This document shows positions 33,001 through 44,038 of a stretch of 64,000 bases of DNA, piece after piece. Each line of letters begins with the position of its first letter. Positions within the stretch are counted from its first letter, which is position 1. The stretch lies in contig OZ296649.1 of assembly GCA_965655095.1 (NCBI GenBank), positions 65,286,001 through 65,350,000 on the forward strand, written 5' to 3'. Under the pieces are notes generated by a model. The model was not told the DNA's origin, made no database searches, and saw only the letters and a program-made list of their open reading frames with translations. The stretch comes from Haplodiscus bocki. Taxonomy: Eukaryota. The position numbers and the translations under genes are program-made.

Positions 33001-35170
33001 CTTGAACAACCCATTGTCTAATTAAAATTGGGATATCTGACCTGAAAAACATGGCGGTTCCTTCAGCCTGGAACAAACGATTGCTAGTGATGTTCCAACG
33101 CCGTTTACGTCTCAACGAAACAGTACTCATACCACTATAAGACCCAACGCTCCGAAACAGTTGATAGGTGTGGCTAGCATAATTAGCCTTCAAGCTACTC
33201 ACACACGACAATGAAGGTGATACAATGGCTAATCGTTCCTCAAACAAAGTTGGAATTCGTCCCAGCTCCGGATGCCTGGGGGGATGCAAGAACTGTAACG
33301 CACATCCCCTGTCATGCGCAGAACAAGTTTGCACAACCAAACCTTCTTTCTCATGTAACCGCAATGTGGCAGCCACTAGAAACGTCTTTAAGCACATCAA
33401 AGGGCGCAAAAAGTCGAGTCTAGCGCCTCTGAGTTTTTTGAATGCAGACGCTTGGAATGACGTGAAAGTTCTGTCTATTAAGTTTACAAAATGCTGCGCT
33501 GGTATGTAGCCAGGATCTTCGATAAACGTCCAACAACCAAAAGGGCAACGTATGTTTGGATACGGTTCCAAGTCCAAAGCTTCAGCCATTTCTTTTTGTC
33601 TCATTGTTGTCATTAGTTGCTCGAAACGTTTCAGTCTCTGTGTTCCATCAACAGTACAAGTGCCAAAAATACGACGCCGATTCAAAACACGCTGGATGCA
33701 GATAGGGAAAAGGGTAATTACCCCTAGCCAATGTTGCCTTATTTCCAGGGGTAACAGCGAGCAAATAGCGACTAAACAAGCTTCTGGCTTGGAAGTATCA
33801 GAAAGGAGCGTGAAAAAAACAGCTGGCCAAGCCATTTGCCAGTTAATTTTTGGTGCAGTACAATAGTCATAACAGAAACAACACAGATGTACGTTATCGT
33901 TTTTCAGCTTCCTGCCGAACTTTCTATTAACCAATCCAGCTTTGCTGTAGGCCTTAATGTCGAACGGAAAATATACCGTGGCTTGACGCATGCACTTGCA
34001 ACAAATGTTGGCAGCATCGACAGTATCTGTCACAACCAATTTTGACTCAGTTTTAACGGTTGATTCTTCAGTCAATTCCGATGATGGAACAAAATTTTCA
34101 GTTATTTTCAGTAAAATCTCATCAGTCAACTCGCCTCCAGGCAATCTGTGAAACTGATCTTGTCGATGTTCCACAGCAGTTGGAGGACGGCCTCTACTTC
34201 GCGTTGTAGTATTTTCTCCATCACAAAGAGCTTCTGCCAAACAAAAAGATGTCACAGCTGTATTAGTTTCTCTATCGTCGATCAAATATGTGGCGACTGG
34301 ATATTCTGAAGACCGTCTGCGCTTCTGCAACGGCTCAGTTTCATCAAGTGCTGCAAGCGCTGTCTGGATTACGTGGCAGTGAGTATTCATTGCTGAATTT
34401 GCACATTGACTACTCGAACCAGCAACATCTTCTGATAGGAGTGATGAAGTGTGGTATGTTTCGGTCAAGCCACTAATTACCTCAAAGTGATCTCCAGTTC
34501 GCGTTTGTTGAATGAAAACGCCTTGTCTGTCATTTGAGCAGTCGCATTTGTAAACGAACCAATTTTTCAAAAGACTGTGGTATACATAAACGTCCAATTT
34601 AAAAATTTGACAGAAGGTATATATTTCAGCACAAGTGCCAAAAACTCCATTTTCTGCCATTTGCGATGTCTGCAGGTAGTGGTTGACAGTTGGACTGGTG
34701 AGAAGTTTGTTCTGGTTGGGGAACTCAGCGGAATAGATAGAAGTTTGCAAACTGTTTTCCGGAAAGGTTACCGAGTCCATGTTACTCACAATATGTTTCC
34801 TCAAATCATGACCACTTTCATGAGAGAAACCGATAGCTACGCCCAGGGCAGTGAAAAGACAATTACCATCACCCGTTATTTTAAGACTCTGCGAGGGTTG
34901 AACAGAAGTGAGGCGAAAGTTAGTTTTATTCACAATTATGCCGCTTGTTGGGGAACAGGATAGTCCCATCGCTTTCAACGTTGACTCTATGTGCAGGGTA
35001 TCAACAGACAAGACCAGCAAATTACTATGAGCTATACTGTACAAAATTCCTAATGGTTCGCTGGTTGAAGAAACATTGTCAGTGGTATTTGGACAGGAGT
35101 GATTACGTTCACTGAAGCGTCCACATTTTGCACAGCGACGTCTTTTCAAATCACTGTTGCCAGATGGCAT
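27074..35170 (-). CDS. Helitron-like RepHel polyprotein (~2698 aa): CCHC finger - OTU - Cys-rich region - HUH/Y2 Rep - Pif1 SF1 helicase - SLX1-like GIY-YIG nuclease
   Basis: Single intronless ORF, ATG at 35170. Motifs CAKC-x7-HSC, GDGNCLF..HFE, PTYFVTYTC, RYEWQ..FPHIH, YVAKY, GAPGTGKT, FVEEISM, GDFFQLPP, QFPL..TIHKTMG, LYVVMSRV, GYCY..YIGST..RRIREHN. Confidence 0.95.
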   Translation of the reverse strand: MPSGNSDLKRRRCAKCGRFSERNHSCPNTTDNVSSTSEPLGILYSIAHSNLLVLSVDTLHIESTLKAMGLSCSPTSGIIVNKTNFRLTSVQPSQSLKITGDGNCLFTALGVAIGFSHESGHDLRKHIVSNMDSVTFPENSLQTSIYSAEFPNQNKLLTSPTVNHYLQTSQMAENGVFGTCAEIYTFCQIFKLDVYVYHSLLKNWFVYKCDCSNDRQGVFIQQTRTGDHFEVISGLTETYHTSSLLSEDVAGSSSQCANSAMNTHCHVIQTALAALDETEPLQKRRRSSEYPVATYLIDDRETNTAVTSFCLAEALCDGENTTTRSRGRPPTAVEHRQDQFHRLPGGELTDEILLKITENFVPSSELTEESTVKTESKLVVTDTVDAANICCKCMRQATVYFPFDIKAYSKAGLVNRKFGRKLKNDNVHLCCFCYDYCTAPKINWQMAWPAVFFTLLSDTSKPEACLVAICSLLPLEIRQHWLGVITLFPICIQRVLNRRRIFGTCTVDGTQRLKRFEQLMTTMRQKEMAEALDLEPYPNIRCPFGCWTFIEDPGYIPAQHFVNLIDRTFTSFQASAFKKLRGARLDFLRPLMCLKTFLVAATLRLHEKEGLVVQTCSAHDRGCALQFLHPPRHPELGRIPTLFEERLAIVSPSLSCVSSLKANYASHTYQLFRSVGSYSGMSTVSLRRKRRWNITSNRLFQAEGTAMFFRSDIPILIRQWVVQGKLIEDVATDLSQYRPKKEKMPQYVGVDLDTCIRLTKVMDKNEQELLSNVKFLQCYALAQPNNEHGCSPPPLINDTGDTLWFLQAACCISPILCSSMVSGVNHVLATNLLSLLRHTVAGFGKESKLQRISQAQADIDSILNNAATNNDNPNMISNFFQAGGVVLHALCADLCHLHLSQRIELTEKIVRDVTMDTKHVIATTTDVNNLRNKVNSPLNIIVFDVQFELVGCGCGSRGTDAVILLRHGGRFCNFWRTLKANKFAKPLLESPETLIEKILRGYWSFIIYRGTNSKKVSTVKWHYLSNLTGQGVFICDKHDVPLTRDFRRSNYFCRCGRSSFLRCAYSKCNSCVCKKHFDEGMKHPNLRVLVGPIAKRKIAPENPNAEAAINGALCELNSNIASLCEQDRSVVEPDLSINCSSQNSSSSLASFLCNNMNANSISESELVMNKLNMCSGERAIVAVQEAVSEENYNIPLHILLNSRCNLLYRKKSHPITLTVKEKRFMENITASSTSSTPLLQPEGLLFPSIFWSQNYDGSIEGAIPISLFQSEKYNKQVGFAGLENMLRTRITDGSLLTSSHASYLQFVFDCLLNLQLSKTDIRIVLNRGWQELGSATTNYQYFSDETFKFDCAESRKNVCEVAALIRDKNPTYFVTYTCGQSTHPGLRKIFQAIDKLYPPDITSKELRLSVIQSELMPMFRCWHRASLYVMQWLKCSAEQPLGPISHLWMRYEWQDETSAFPHIHALVCTGENKFGPEVQSRVCCSKETFMGAMSKCCPALSDRERFRLGELFQKYQRHDCGKGKNRCKKKTDWSGKPVCRVPKYPASVGFSYKEIQPNYSKETWDLLRSMKLSYIDPNSSTDKVEEELRAGKHHYPAAYNEHLSPTNAALFAFTESSTNVQICDDEMCSRYVAKYAAGVEGWAFTKILASAGENEVKVQTEPIVNEKIAGVQSSVTKKRQDDDKLKSVTGRIVSITECLWWALQLPYVCTNVDFIHVPTVPKEFRSGIVIEKYTASTMNFSAVFAEAVRIRKNVLKLPKHRQLTKNQELLLADVEASSITPDKVTIFGLRPPELLFVSSLKSYFSWFVRLKNNISKGKSSHEIMLSRASCNDFWVDCLGYVIKIRPPAIFDFLDFCATRSDKPRDEFLKEECRKHIVPKLQGTNSCPRLVAYNLCFSDQKAIVFFTNNLPSSPTKFLLHFVLTFGSFDTELDILSVSSFREAFAAAKLVERNNITVAVVLQLARRYLLQQLRFVPGSSKLIDKYLLMANSALGEALLENNLYFASGVPAVLDRTISADSEENVAVDLTMNKSRLVEFLHTCQMGLPSEESMIDASLTAPVVWKPDFGRHPGQTVKSYCEQSEILKHLVEMVDLYRGGTQNFVRHQILAGAPGTGKTFIMLRGLSYAICQGLNCMVTSLAAERSAALGGKHLNALIPFPVEKNGTVNSLSQVALSSLQKSPDRSRFLQNLDVLFVEEISMISSELWAATDHVFQIICSNYVPFAGKLIIATGDFFQLPPPKGSCLISSSFPLTTFHFSFLQHFVRMQNEAGQKVLSLMSTFPRTPPIGKQIWNLIERNCNFVECWDDVPNDTIRIFATRKAERYATLKKICQVKDSGSQFHESSSTDEMCVSSTDNWIEASGAATKFLNKKCLEPQSLFLFPGAILRLTVNKPNVMAFQGQLCVLVSLDSLADNGTVSVALAPAGCRSIPPLSVIRSTWRCIVLAKEIGVNICLNHRTICRRIQFPLKLYVASTIHKTMGETLPTVATQIVGAQEFSLWLPEQLYVVMSRVRSLADITFVGSKQSNEGAILSLLCKKSQWSELTSEILQKCSSRDPTIFHGAANPFPSTISIPQENVGYCYLIQSVPQNNLLYIGSTMCLNRRIREHNVGLGASFTQDPSRRPWVLCAYVTGFLAISSTERIRFFEKRWLEAVTKVLNLRKKNISLPNALSTAENLIINWPHKEDVLKLVICCNQPILL
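27200..27445 (-). other. SLX1-like GIY-YIG endonuclease domain
   Basis: GYCYLIQS-x7-LYIGSTMCLNRRIREHNVGLGASFT-x5-RPWVLCAYVTGF-x10-FFEKRW. The Tyr/Tyr/Arg/His/Glu active-site set and SLX1-type HNxG..T..RPW..GF..FE..W signature are present. Confidence 0.85.
27600..28870 (-). other. Pif1-family SF1B helicase domain
   Basis: Walker A at 28823-28846, motif III GDFFQLPP, motif V TIHKTMGETL, motif VI LYVVMSRVR at ~27640-27665. Confidence 0.9.
30250..31100 (-). other. HUH Rep (Y2) catalytic domain
   Basis: Motif 1 PTYFVTYTC (~31037-31063), motif 2 RYEWQDETSAFPHIH (~30779-30826), motif 3 YVAKY (30266-30280). Confidence 0.88.
34470..34890 (-). other. OTU-like cysteine protease domain
   Basis: ITGDGNCLFTAL ... 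GVFGTCAEIYTFCQIF ... GDHFEVI, giving catalytic Asp/Cys/His. Confidence 0.88.
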
Positions 35171-38100
35171 TGTTCTTTCACAACAAACTTCGCTCAAAAG
35201 TTTATCAATAACTCATCTTTAATAGTGAATACAATGTAAAGAGTAGGCGCCATTATAGAACCAACGTACAAAATGACATCGTTTTGCTCGGCTTTCAAAC
35301 TGTTCAATTAACGGTAGCATCTAATTAATTCGAAAAAAGTAGTATCCAGAAAAATACATGCAATGTGGGCCTTGGTTTTGCGCAGTTAACGGAGCAAAAC
35401 CAAGGCATTCATCAGAGAATGAAAACAAACAGGTACTTACTTGGAGAGGCGGCGATGTAATGAGTGTTAATTGCGAATCTTGTGTTGTTTAAAAATCGTA
35501 TTTAAGAAAATAATTTCCGTTCGCCCATACAAGTGGAACGCATCTCGATGTTACGGATTCCCGTAAATTAGTAGTGTACATGGCGAGTTCTGTCAAGTTT
35601 TTTTCCACAATCCTCAGTAAAAGAGACTACAATGCACATCACAATGGTTCTTAGAAACCAACAATGTTCAGTTGGAAAAACCAACTGAGAACGCATAAGT
35701 GTTGAGCGAATTCATACGGATTTCGAAAGGTGTTTGGGAAAACTGTGCACTTTAGCAGGGCTGCAAGTTAACCTACAAAGAGTTATCATGAAAAATGAGG
35801 AGGCAAGAAATGGAGAAAAAAAAGTTTTCCGAGATCTTACTATTAATTCAGGCAAACTAAAATTATGCCCTATTCTTTATGACTGAAGTCTGACACGAGG
35901 TGAAAATTGACTCCACAGAAAAATATCATCACGTAGAAAACCCGAAATCCTAACAAATTAGAGAACTATGTTTAAAAGATTCTCACCATCTTGTTTTTCT
36001 CTTAGTAAAATCTTGGCTTCCAAAATCATTGCATGATACGGAAGTTATGGAAGCTGAGAAAACCAGGTGATTCAGTTGAGAAAACAACTGCTTGGAGCAG
36101 TGGTTGATCAATAAAAATTCAATCAAAAATATCGACAGCGTTTATGTAAATGCTAAAAATGAAACATTCAAGTTGATTATTGTACAAAGCAGATGGAATT
36201 TTTGACAGTTGAAACAAGAAACAGCAAGAGGCCCTCTTTTTCCCCCGCGAAAAAACACGTTAACAATTTTACCTTGTCAAAGTTTCATTTGAACACCTGA
36301 AGAATGTAAACTTTCAGTATTTGCCGAAATTTATTGAAATTGTCGTCAAACAGAAGTCGTTTTCTTATAAGTGCGTCACAAAGTTGATCCACAGTCCCAT
36401 GCGTGGTACTTCCACGCCACAGATAACACACAGTTTGCTATGAATGTTGAGGCAGTACTTTCCACCAAAAAGTATTTTCCACAAGCAAGGCTTTTTGCTA
36501 ACATCTGCACAAAACGCGTCCGAATCCAAACAGTGTTGTCGGAAAAGGCAATTTTTTGCGGTCAAAACTATTGATAAAATGATCTGAATTACGGTCATTC
36601 GATCTTGAATTTCGCTCCAAAAATGGTAAAAACGATTGAGTGGTTGATCACATGGAAGATGAAACGAAACTCACAGGCAACACAAACATGAAGATTTTTC
36701 AATAGCAGCAAAAACACGATGAAATGACGCACACACTGTCAAGTTTGTCAGAAACCTATAGGTAATGTAATTCTGCGAACATGCACGTTAACACTCCGTA
36801 GCTTTTAGGCGGTAGAAGGGTAAAAAATTAATGAAAACATTTTCTCCGTAGCAAAACCATTAGCTTGCTCAACTCTGAGGAGCCCGTTGACACTGTTCGT
36901 TCAATGCCAATCATCTTTGGAATCCATCGGTATAAATTTAAAGTTACGATTATGTTGTACACTTTTCAATTTTTCTTACGCCTCTCATGCTCCATCAGCC
37001 TCATTAGCAATTCATGTAGGATGATAACAGCGGAGTTCCCCTTTGGAATTCGGAAATTGTGGAAGAATACCCAGTACTCAGTCAACGATTCTTACAAATA
37101 TTATCCAGCTTTCTTCGTTCAGGAAAACGTCAGTTAAATAAATTACCCGAAACAATTAGCTCAATTTATCGACAGAAGCCACACGATGTTGACCATAGTC
37201 AGTTGAGACTTCAGTGAGCCACGATTCACAAGAGGAAAACTTCAAACGATCGAATGACATAAGAAAAGTGTCTACTTCAGAGGGTCCAAATGAGGGATGG
37301 GAAATTGGCAAAGTCTAGTTGACGCTAAAGAAATTATGATTTCATATCAAAAAGCTTTATACAAAAACTAACTTCGGCAATAGTTGAGAGGAATAACACT
37401 TTGCTATATTTCGCACGTCCGCAGATAATTTTTTTGACAATGAGAAGCATTATTTCACAGAAACAGAAAAATCAAAACTTACTTTGAAAAAAGTTCGAAA
37501 CTCCCATATGTAGGCTTCAGAACCAACCAAATATATTCTTGCGAAAAACTCAGGTAAAAGAATTCGTGAAACGCGACAATTTTTGAACGGTCTGTAGAAC
37601 AATAAAATCTTCAAAATCGGAAACACCCAAAAACGACATCAAGAGTAAATAAGCATCGTTTCAACTGTACACATTACCTCCACATATTATTGAAGTTGCT
37701 TACACTAACCACATTTCATGTTGGCAAAAGATCAAAAAGTAGATAATCGAAGTACTGCTTTCAAGAGTTCATAAATGAAAGGCACATATTTAATCGACTA
37801 TCAGTACTGATCCACCATGAAGTTGGCCTTTATCTTGTCATAATTTATGGTTGAAGATTATTTGATGAAGCCAACTGTCTGAATTCAATGATGATTATGA
37901 CTATTAACTTTTCTCATCTTTTTGTTTTCCAAAAGCATCCAACGTTCTATATATGTATTTGGACGACGCATGAATAATATTGTTACATAGTGGATGAAAT
38001 GTCATGGCGCAGAACTTCCTATTCATAAATTTTCTAGTACAGAACACCTAACTGTACATTTTCATGTTTTGAAAAAATCAACTGATGTGAAATAGCACAC

Positions 38101-38659
38101 AACACTTATATTGTTCCTCTGAAGCACAAAGGAAGGCAACGAGAACCACGAAGAATTGCTTCAAGTACATGACTCATTGCGCAACCAATAGATTTTTTTA
38201 AAAAAAGTGGATTAACTAAATGGAACGGAACTGTCCTGAAAACGTCCATTGTTATGGAAGCCGGTAACGGGTAGGTCTCCGGAGATATATTTCAATTCAG
38301 CAGCTGATAAAGTGGAAAATTTGTTACTTTACCGTTCTGAGCTGACTTCCGGAAAAAATCGACCGGAAAGTACGTTTGCCATACTTCATTGCTGGTGTAT
38401 GAACTTAAAAAAAACCAGGAAGATTACTATAGGTTTTGAGGAACATCCTCACATTTACGGTGTGAGACGACCTCTGTACGTATCAGTTGCATCCGCATTG
38501 TGCGAGTTAATCTTCAGTCTGGAGAAAAGTATCGTAAAAAAAAAGAACAAACAACAGTTTCCAATTATATAAACAAAAATTTAGATTCCGAACCAATCAC
38601 CAGAATTGATACAGAAATAGAAAATTGAAGGCAAAAAAATCCCGCCCTCTAGTAATTTG

Positions 38660-38684
38660 CACCGTTGCCTCCACTGGGTGGTCA
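38660..38684. repeat. Junction motif J4 (A2|C)
   Basis: Exact 25-bp motif. Confidence 0.9.
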
Positions 38685-39995
38685 CGCTCTTAAGCCCCAC
38701 AAAACAGTATTGCGAGGCGGGGGAGGGGCCCTGTGCCGAGCTTCAAAAATCAAGTTTACACTTACCCGCACCCACCCGCAGAAAACACGATCTCGAAACC
38801 TAACCATACGATTTTGATCAAACTATGCATGTGGATAGAGTCCGCCGATGTATGAAGTTTTTTGGCACTTACATCATTTGTTTTCTTTTGGTTGGGGAGA
38901 TATGACGCAATGATCCTGTTTTTTGGCAGGTTTCGATGTTTTTTTCGCAATATCTCCACACTTTAACCATAGCATCGGACCCAATTTTTTGTGTGAAGCA
39001 CAATTGTTGTGAACTACCTACATGCCAAAAATTTTTGGCCTGGGCCTTTTACCCTAGGAGATATGACCTTTCAAATTTGTCAAAAATAGGCCAAAATCGA
39101 TCATTTTGTCATTTCTCCCAATTTGATGTTAAAAAAGTGATGTAAGCTTTCGTCACAACGTGACGGGACCTGTGTCAAATGAAAGATAATTTTTCGACAA
39201 AAAAACAGTTTTGGTCAAATTGCCGAAAATAATGACGGTTATGACGATTTTTCGTGGAAGAAGAAAAACCAGGTAAAAATTCAGTTTCTCTACTTCATCT
39301 GAAATCCGTCAACATTCTGAAGGCGGGAATCAAGCATTGCTGAAAGTTTGTACTGAACTACTGGGCTGGGAAAATGTCGGTGACGCAAAATTTTTACTTG
39401 GGCCAATTCATAAAAACTCGTTGCAGTTTTTTCTTTCAATTCCGATTTATTTGTAACAGAAATTTTCAAAATTATGTTAAAATTATACAAAACTGTAGCA
39501 AATTTTCTGTCTCAGTGGACATTGAGTTAGATTTGAGGTGATTAGTTATAAAGAGCTGCACACAAACTTTTCCTGAATGACCCATTTAATTTTTAATGAA
39601 CATTATACGTATCAACTACAGAAAACAACTTAAACTGTGCTAAATAAAGTTGACCAGTAATACAAAGTGAAATCTCAGTAACTTGAATGGTAGCAACCCT
39701 TGTAAGTTCAATTGGATGCACATAAAACAAATCCACTTCATGACAACTCTCATTTTCTTTAACGACAATTGATCTATTAGTTTTGGGCAAACACCTTACG
39801 GTCGAATGCCTTGTGACAGTCGATGTTGCATGCAAACAACTTTCGGTAGCTTGCTGAATGATTCATTGCACCTTGTTTTAAATGTCTCTAATACCTGTGT
39901 TGAACCGGTAATCAAGTATTTGTAACTGTAGTAAAAATTATCAATACAGTGATTGACATAAGATTTGTTTGAGTTTTGTTGGTTCAATTAAGTGT

Positions 39996-41009
39996 TCATC
40001 TCATGTTGTTTGCATTGTTACTTGCCGGCAAATTTGCGTTAGCGTGAAAAAGGCGTGGTGGCTGGTTTGTATCATCTCCATTCCAAGGAATCACATTGTA
40101 CTTCAAGCTCACAGGGATCTCAATCGCTGGAGTGATTCGACAAATTCTCACCCTTTGAACATTTTGCACAATGTTTTCTTCTGTTAAAGCAGTTTTGTAG
40201 AAGCCTGACACTCTTCACCCACCATTGTTATTAACATGGTTAGCAACACGCATGACAGCTTCTTTCAAAAGTCCCCTGTCAATTGATGTGTATGCCGATC
40301 TAATGATAGCTTCCTCACAAAAAAGTTTGGTCAATGACAAACTTTGCAGAATATCACCTGTTAGAGGATCATCGTCTTCGTTCAGTATGTCCTGACTAAC
40401 TACCCTTGCTGACATGACCCATGCTGACAAAGTTGATTTTTGCAAACATGCACAAATGCTTTCGTTTTTTCTATTTCTTCTGTCGCACAAAAAACCGGAA
40501 CAAGTCGGAAACACAGGAATAGCGTGCAAAAACGAAAGGGGTCGGTGTGGGAGACAGAAGTGGAACATTGCACCCGTCGAGGGATTCAAATCGATAGGAA
40601 TAGGCTCCATTGGCAGGTCGTCGGTAACTACCTCTAACGGAAGAGACACGTTGAAAATTGGATTGGTTCGATCGTTACCAAGGCAGGATTTGGAAAAAAT
40701 AGCTTCTTTCACATCAACGATGGCACCAATAGTTAGTTTTCGGTCAGCAAAAAGGAGTGAACTTTTCTGCGCAGAATCTGCTATTATTGCAAAGCATTCT
40801 CGCGTCTGGATTTGGCCGATGATGATTAGGCGATCATAGTTTGTGTCAGGGGTCATTCTTTTAGCTTTTACAGCTTGCGGTCGAAATAACTGTAGGGGAC
40901 GATCAAATTTTTTAAAAACCAAAACAACACCTCGGATATATGTGTTCTCACTGTTGCGCAAGAAATTGGGAGCAGTTATTTGGGCCGTATTTACACGGGT
41001 GGTCATCAT
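39996..41009 (-). pseudogene. Accessory gene of element C with nonsense mutation
   Basis: TGG->TGA at 40215-40217 in the conserved NGGW motif. The frame continues to 39996. Confidence 0.85.
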
Positions 41010-42331
41010 CTGGAACAATCTCTTCAAGCATCATCTTATACAACGCGGTTTACACAGTGACATTTTGTCAACCTATTCAGGACGCAGAACTAATTTTTCT
41101 CAAAATTTAAAACAAACAAGATGAAGTTCAACATGATCAAATACAATTTCATTAAAATTCCACGTCACAGTCAGTATCGTTAGTATACATTAAAATGTTT
41201 GATAGAAAAGTTCTTGCTATTTTTCTATTGAAAAAATTTACATGTTCCTTTAAGTGATGCCACGCAAATGGTGCAACTGACTTCTTTCAACATTTTTTCA
41301 CGTTTCAACGGTCTGAAAGTTCAGTCTTCAGTGAATGAGGAGTATGTTTGGTCACAATTACAATCTTCAATGAACTTTCACTGAATATTAATGGCTGTAA
41401 ATGCAAATGAAAAGAGTATACGGATTGAAAACGTGTTAATTCAGGATAAAAATGTTCTTTTATATGACAGCCACTCTAACATGAAAGAAAAAGTTTTTTT
41501 TAAAAAAACAATTCATTGCACAGACAATGAGAGCAATTCAAAAGAAATGAAACAATCGGCATTTTTTGACTTAAACAAATGAAGTTAACTTGAAGCTACG
41601 TAAAACAATATTTCAAGGCAAGTAATCTGTGGAATGTTTCATTTCAATGAGAAGTTCAATTAGCTACAAAAAAACAACAGGCATAAAGTCAATGCTGAGC
41701 AAAGAGCAACAATCATGGGTTTAGCAGTATTCGAAGTTTATCGAAAAACGTAACTGAAAGAAACTAACATACAGAAAAAAACAACACAACATGCCAAATT
41801 CAAAGTTTTCACGAAATACACCGACATTTATTCAAGAAAATCATTTAACTTTGTTAAGAAGTTACAAAAACTAAAAACTCAGATCACTTTAAAGTCGATT
41901 CCAATTGTATGCACAGTAAAACAACCAAAAAGTCCCACTTGTTTGCTGCATGATAAAATAGGAATATCTGTTTAATCGAATTTACCGAAAGAAGCCTTCA
42001 TAACATTGGTCGTCCAAGTTTACAACTACACTTTTTTCTCTTTTTCAGCTGCAAAAGGATGTGATTGCTTTCAGAACCCCAGTCGACAATGAGCAGGTGT
42101 ATGTATTCTGCGACGCTCTGTTAAAACAGTGGGCATTAAACAGTTACAACTGATCCGAATTTTGTCGGCCACATTATGACAGTTTTCCAGTCAACTTTCA
42201 TAATTTGAAAAAAAAGAACGAGGAAAGGGAACAAACACGCCATTACCAAAAAATCAAACACAGGGTACCGTGTTAGAGACTGCGTTCATTAATCAACAAC
42301 TACTTCACGAAGGTTTTGTTACTTGTACTTA

Positions 42332-43096
42332 TCACAGGTCAGAAAAACGTAGTACAGTACCCAAAACTCTTTTCCTTAGAATGTACATCAAGTTGGAAAC
42401 ACCGTGACGAGATAAATGCAAGCCATCCATCAAATTCCTCTCGGAGCTCATTTTGCTAGCAACCGACACAAAATTGTATTGACCCGAAGAGTTTCTGAGT
42501 CCAGCGTTCACCCTTTTGATATCTAGGAAGCAAGGTTCGGATCTCATGACTAGAGCCAGACAGTATACTCTGTAACACATTGGAGTGGCCAGACGCACGA
42601 GGTACATAATGTCTCGAACCACCTAAGTGTTAACAATTTTTTTTAGCTGAAGATGCACTTCGTCTGATTTTGTTCAACTTTCTTCAAATTTTGGAGAAAA
42701 TAAAAAGAAAATACTTTCAGTTGCATTTGAAGCTCTGGTCATTAATTGGAAAATGTTTTCGCAGGGAAATATTGCCCGCGTATCGACTCATACACAATGC
42801 ACCCTGATGTTGCAACCAGTATTCTTCTAAAACGTTTTCAGTCGCAAGCAATTTGACATTGTGTTGAATAAATTACTCACTTGCTCAGGACTCTTTCCCC
42901 GTTGTCTGCCCCGGCTTGTAAGTCCATTTCCCCCGATGAACAGAATGATTGATTCATAAAACGTTGTTAGGTTTCTTAAACAGTCAATTACCGCACGGCA
43001 AGATGCCGTGGCACCAGGGAAGAACTTCACTTCCAGGTTTTCGTGCTTCCTGGCAAGTCTTCTTCCAAGAGAATCAGCTATGATAAGATGTTTCAT
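42332..43096 (-). CDS. SGNH hydrolase of element C, two exons (43096-42881, 42622-42332)
   Basis: ADS / PGA / IGGN / DGLH motifs. Same 216-nt exon 1 and the same GTGAGT...TTAG intron position as in A2. Confidence 0.85.
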
Positions 43097-43577
43097 TTCG
43101 ATCTGCAGAACATTGAAAAGCAACGACAAGGGGCGAAGACAAAAAAAACGACAAATAATGATTCCAACAGCATAGGTACACTATGATGGAACACACAAAA
43201 CAACTGTCATTAGCATTATGTTGGAGTATAAAACGCAAGAGCTGAAAATAACTTTGTTCAAAAAGCTCTAATTATTTATTTGCTCATTTGAGTATGTCTG
43301 CTTTTTGGTATAGAATTAATGTTTTACCAAGTGTTTCACCTTGCGGTCGAAACAGGAAGAAGTACAGGGCTTTTATCATACATTATCTGGGAGTATATCG
43401 TTATTAGGACATACAAAAAAGAAAGTGTTCGACAAGCATACGCTAAAAATGCAGTGCAAGAAGTTAAATTTACTAATCAATCAACTTTAAATACAGTGGG
43501 CAATCAGGAACGTTCATTGTTAAGGTGCAGTTTATGAAAACCTAATGTACTTATTTTAAGGTTCCAAAAAGCATGTT

Positions 43578-43626
43578 GTGCAGCAAAGTGCAGCATAGAA
43601 AAGTGCAGCATGGAAAAGTGCAGCAA
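43578..43626. repeat. Micro-tandem expansion of GTGCAGCA (4 copies)
   Basis: A single copy occupies the equivalent site of A2 (~26653). Confidence 0.6.
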
Positions 43627-44038
43627 ATTCTTTTCCGCAAATGAATAATGTCGAGAAAGTTTTGTATTAAACTTACTTAAACGTTAAACTCAATGGAAAA
43701 GAGTACGTTGGCTCAATTTTCTGCAGAATACTCTCAAAGACATCACAAATCGAACAATTGAATTGTTGTAATTAGCAAGAGAAACAACATTTAGAATTAA
43801 AAAATTCAGCGTTCTTTAAACGCAACAAAAAGCAAAAACACACATACGAAAAACTTCATACGTGCACCTCTCGAAACCACCGGACAAATTGAAGATATAC
43901 GTTGGACGTTTAAATATTCACTTCAGGTGTTGATTAAATAATGAACTTCAAGTTTTTTTGTGAGAAGGCATTCACTTGGTCACATTTCACAGTCGACGAA
44001 TCATTTGATAAGTAGTTTGTGAGTGTTTCTCTAAGGTA

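Larger units (their letters stand above)
21713..38679 (-). mobile_element. Apparently intact autonomous Helitron-like element A2 (16,967 bp)
   Basis: Bounded by J3 and J4. Three co-oriented uninterrupted genes: accessory, SGNH and RepHel-GIY-YIG. Confidence 0.92.
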
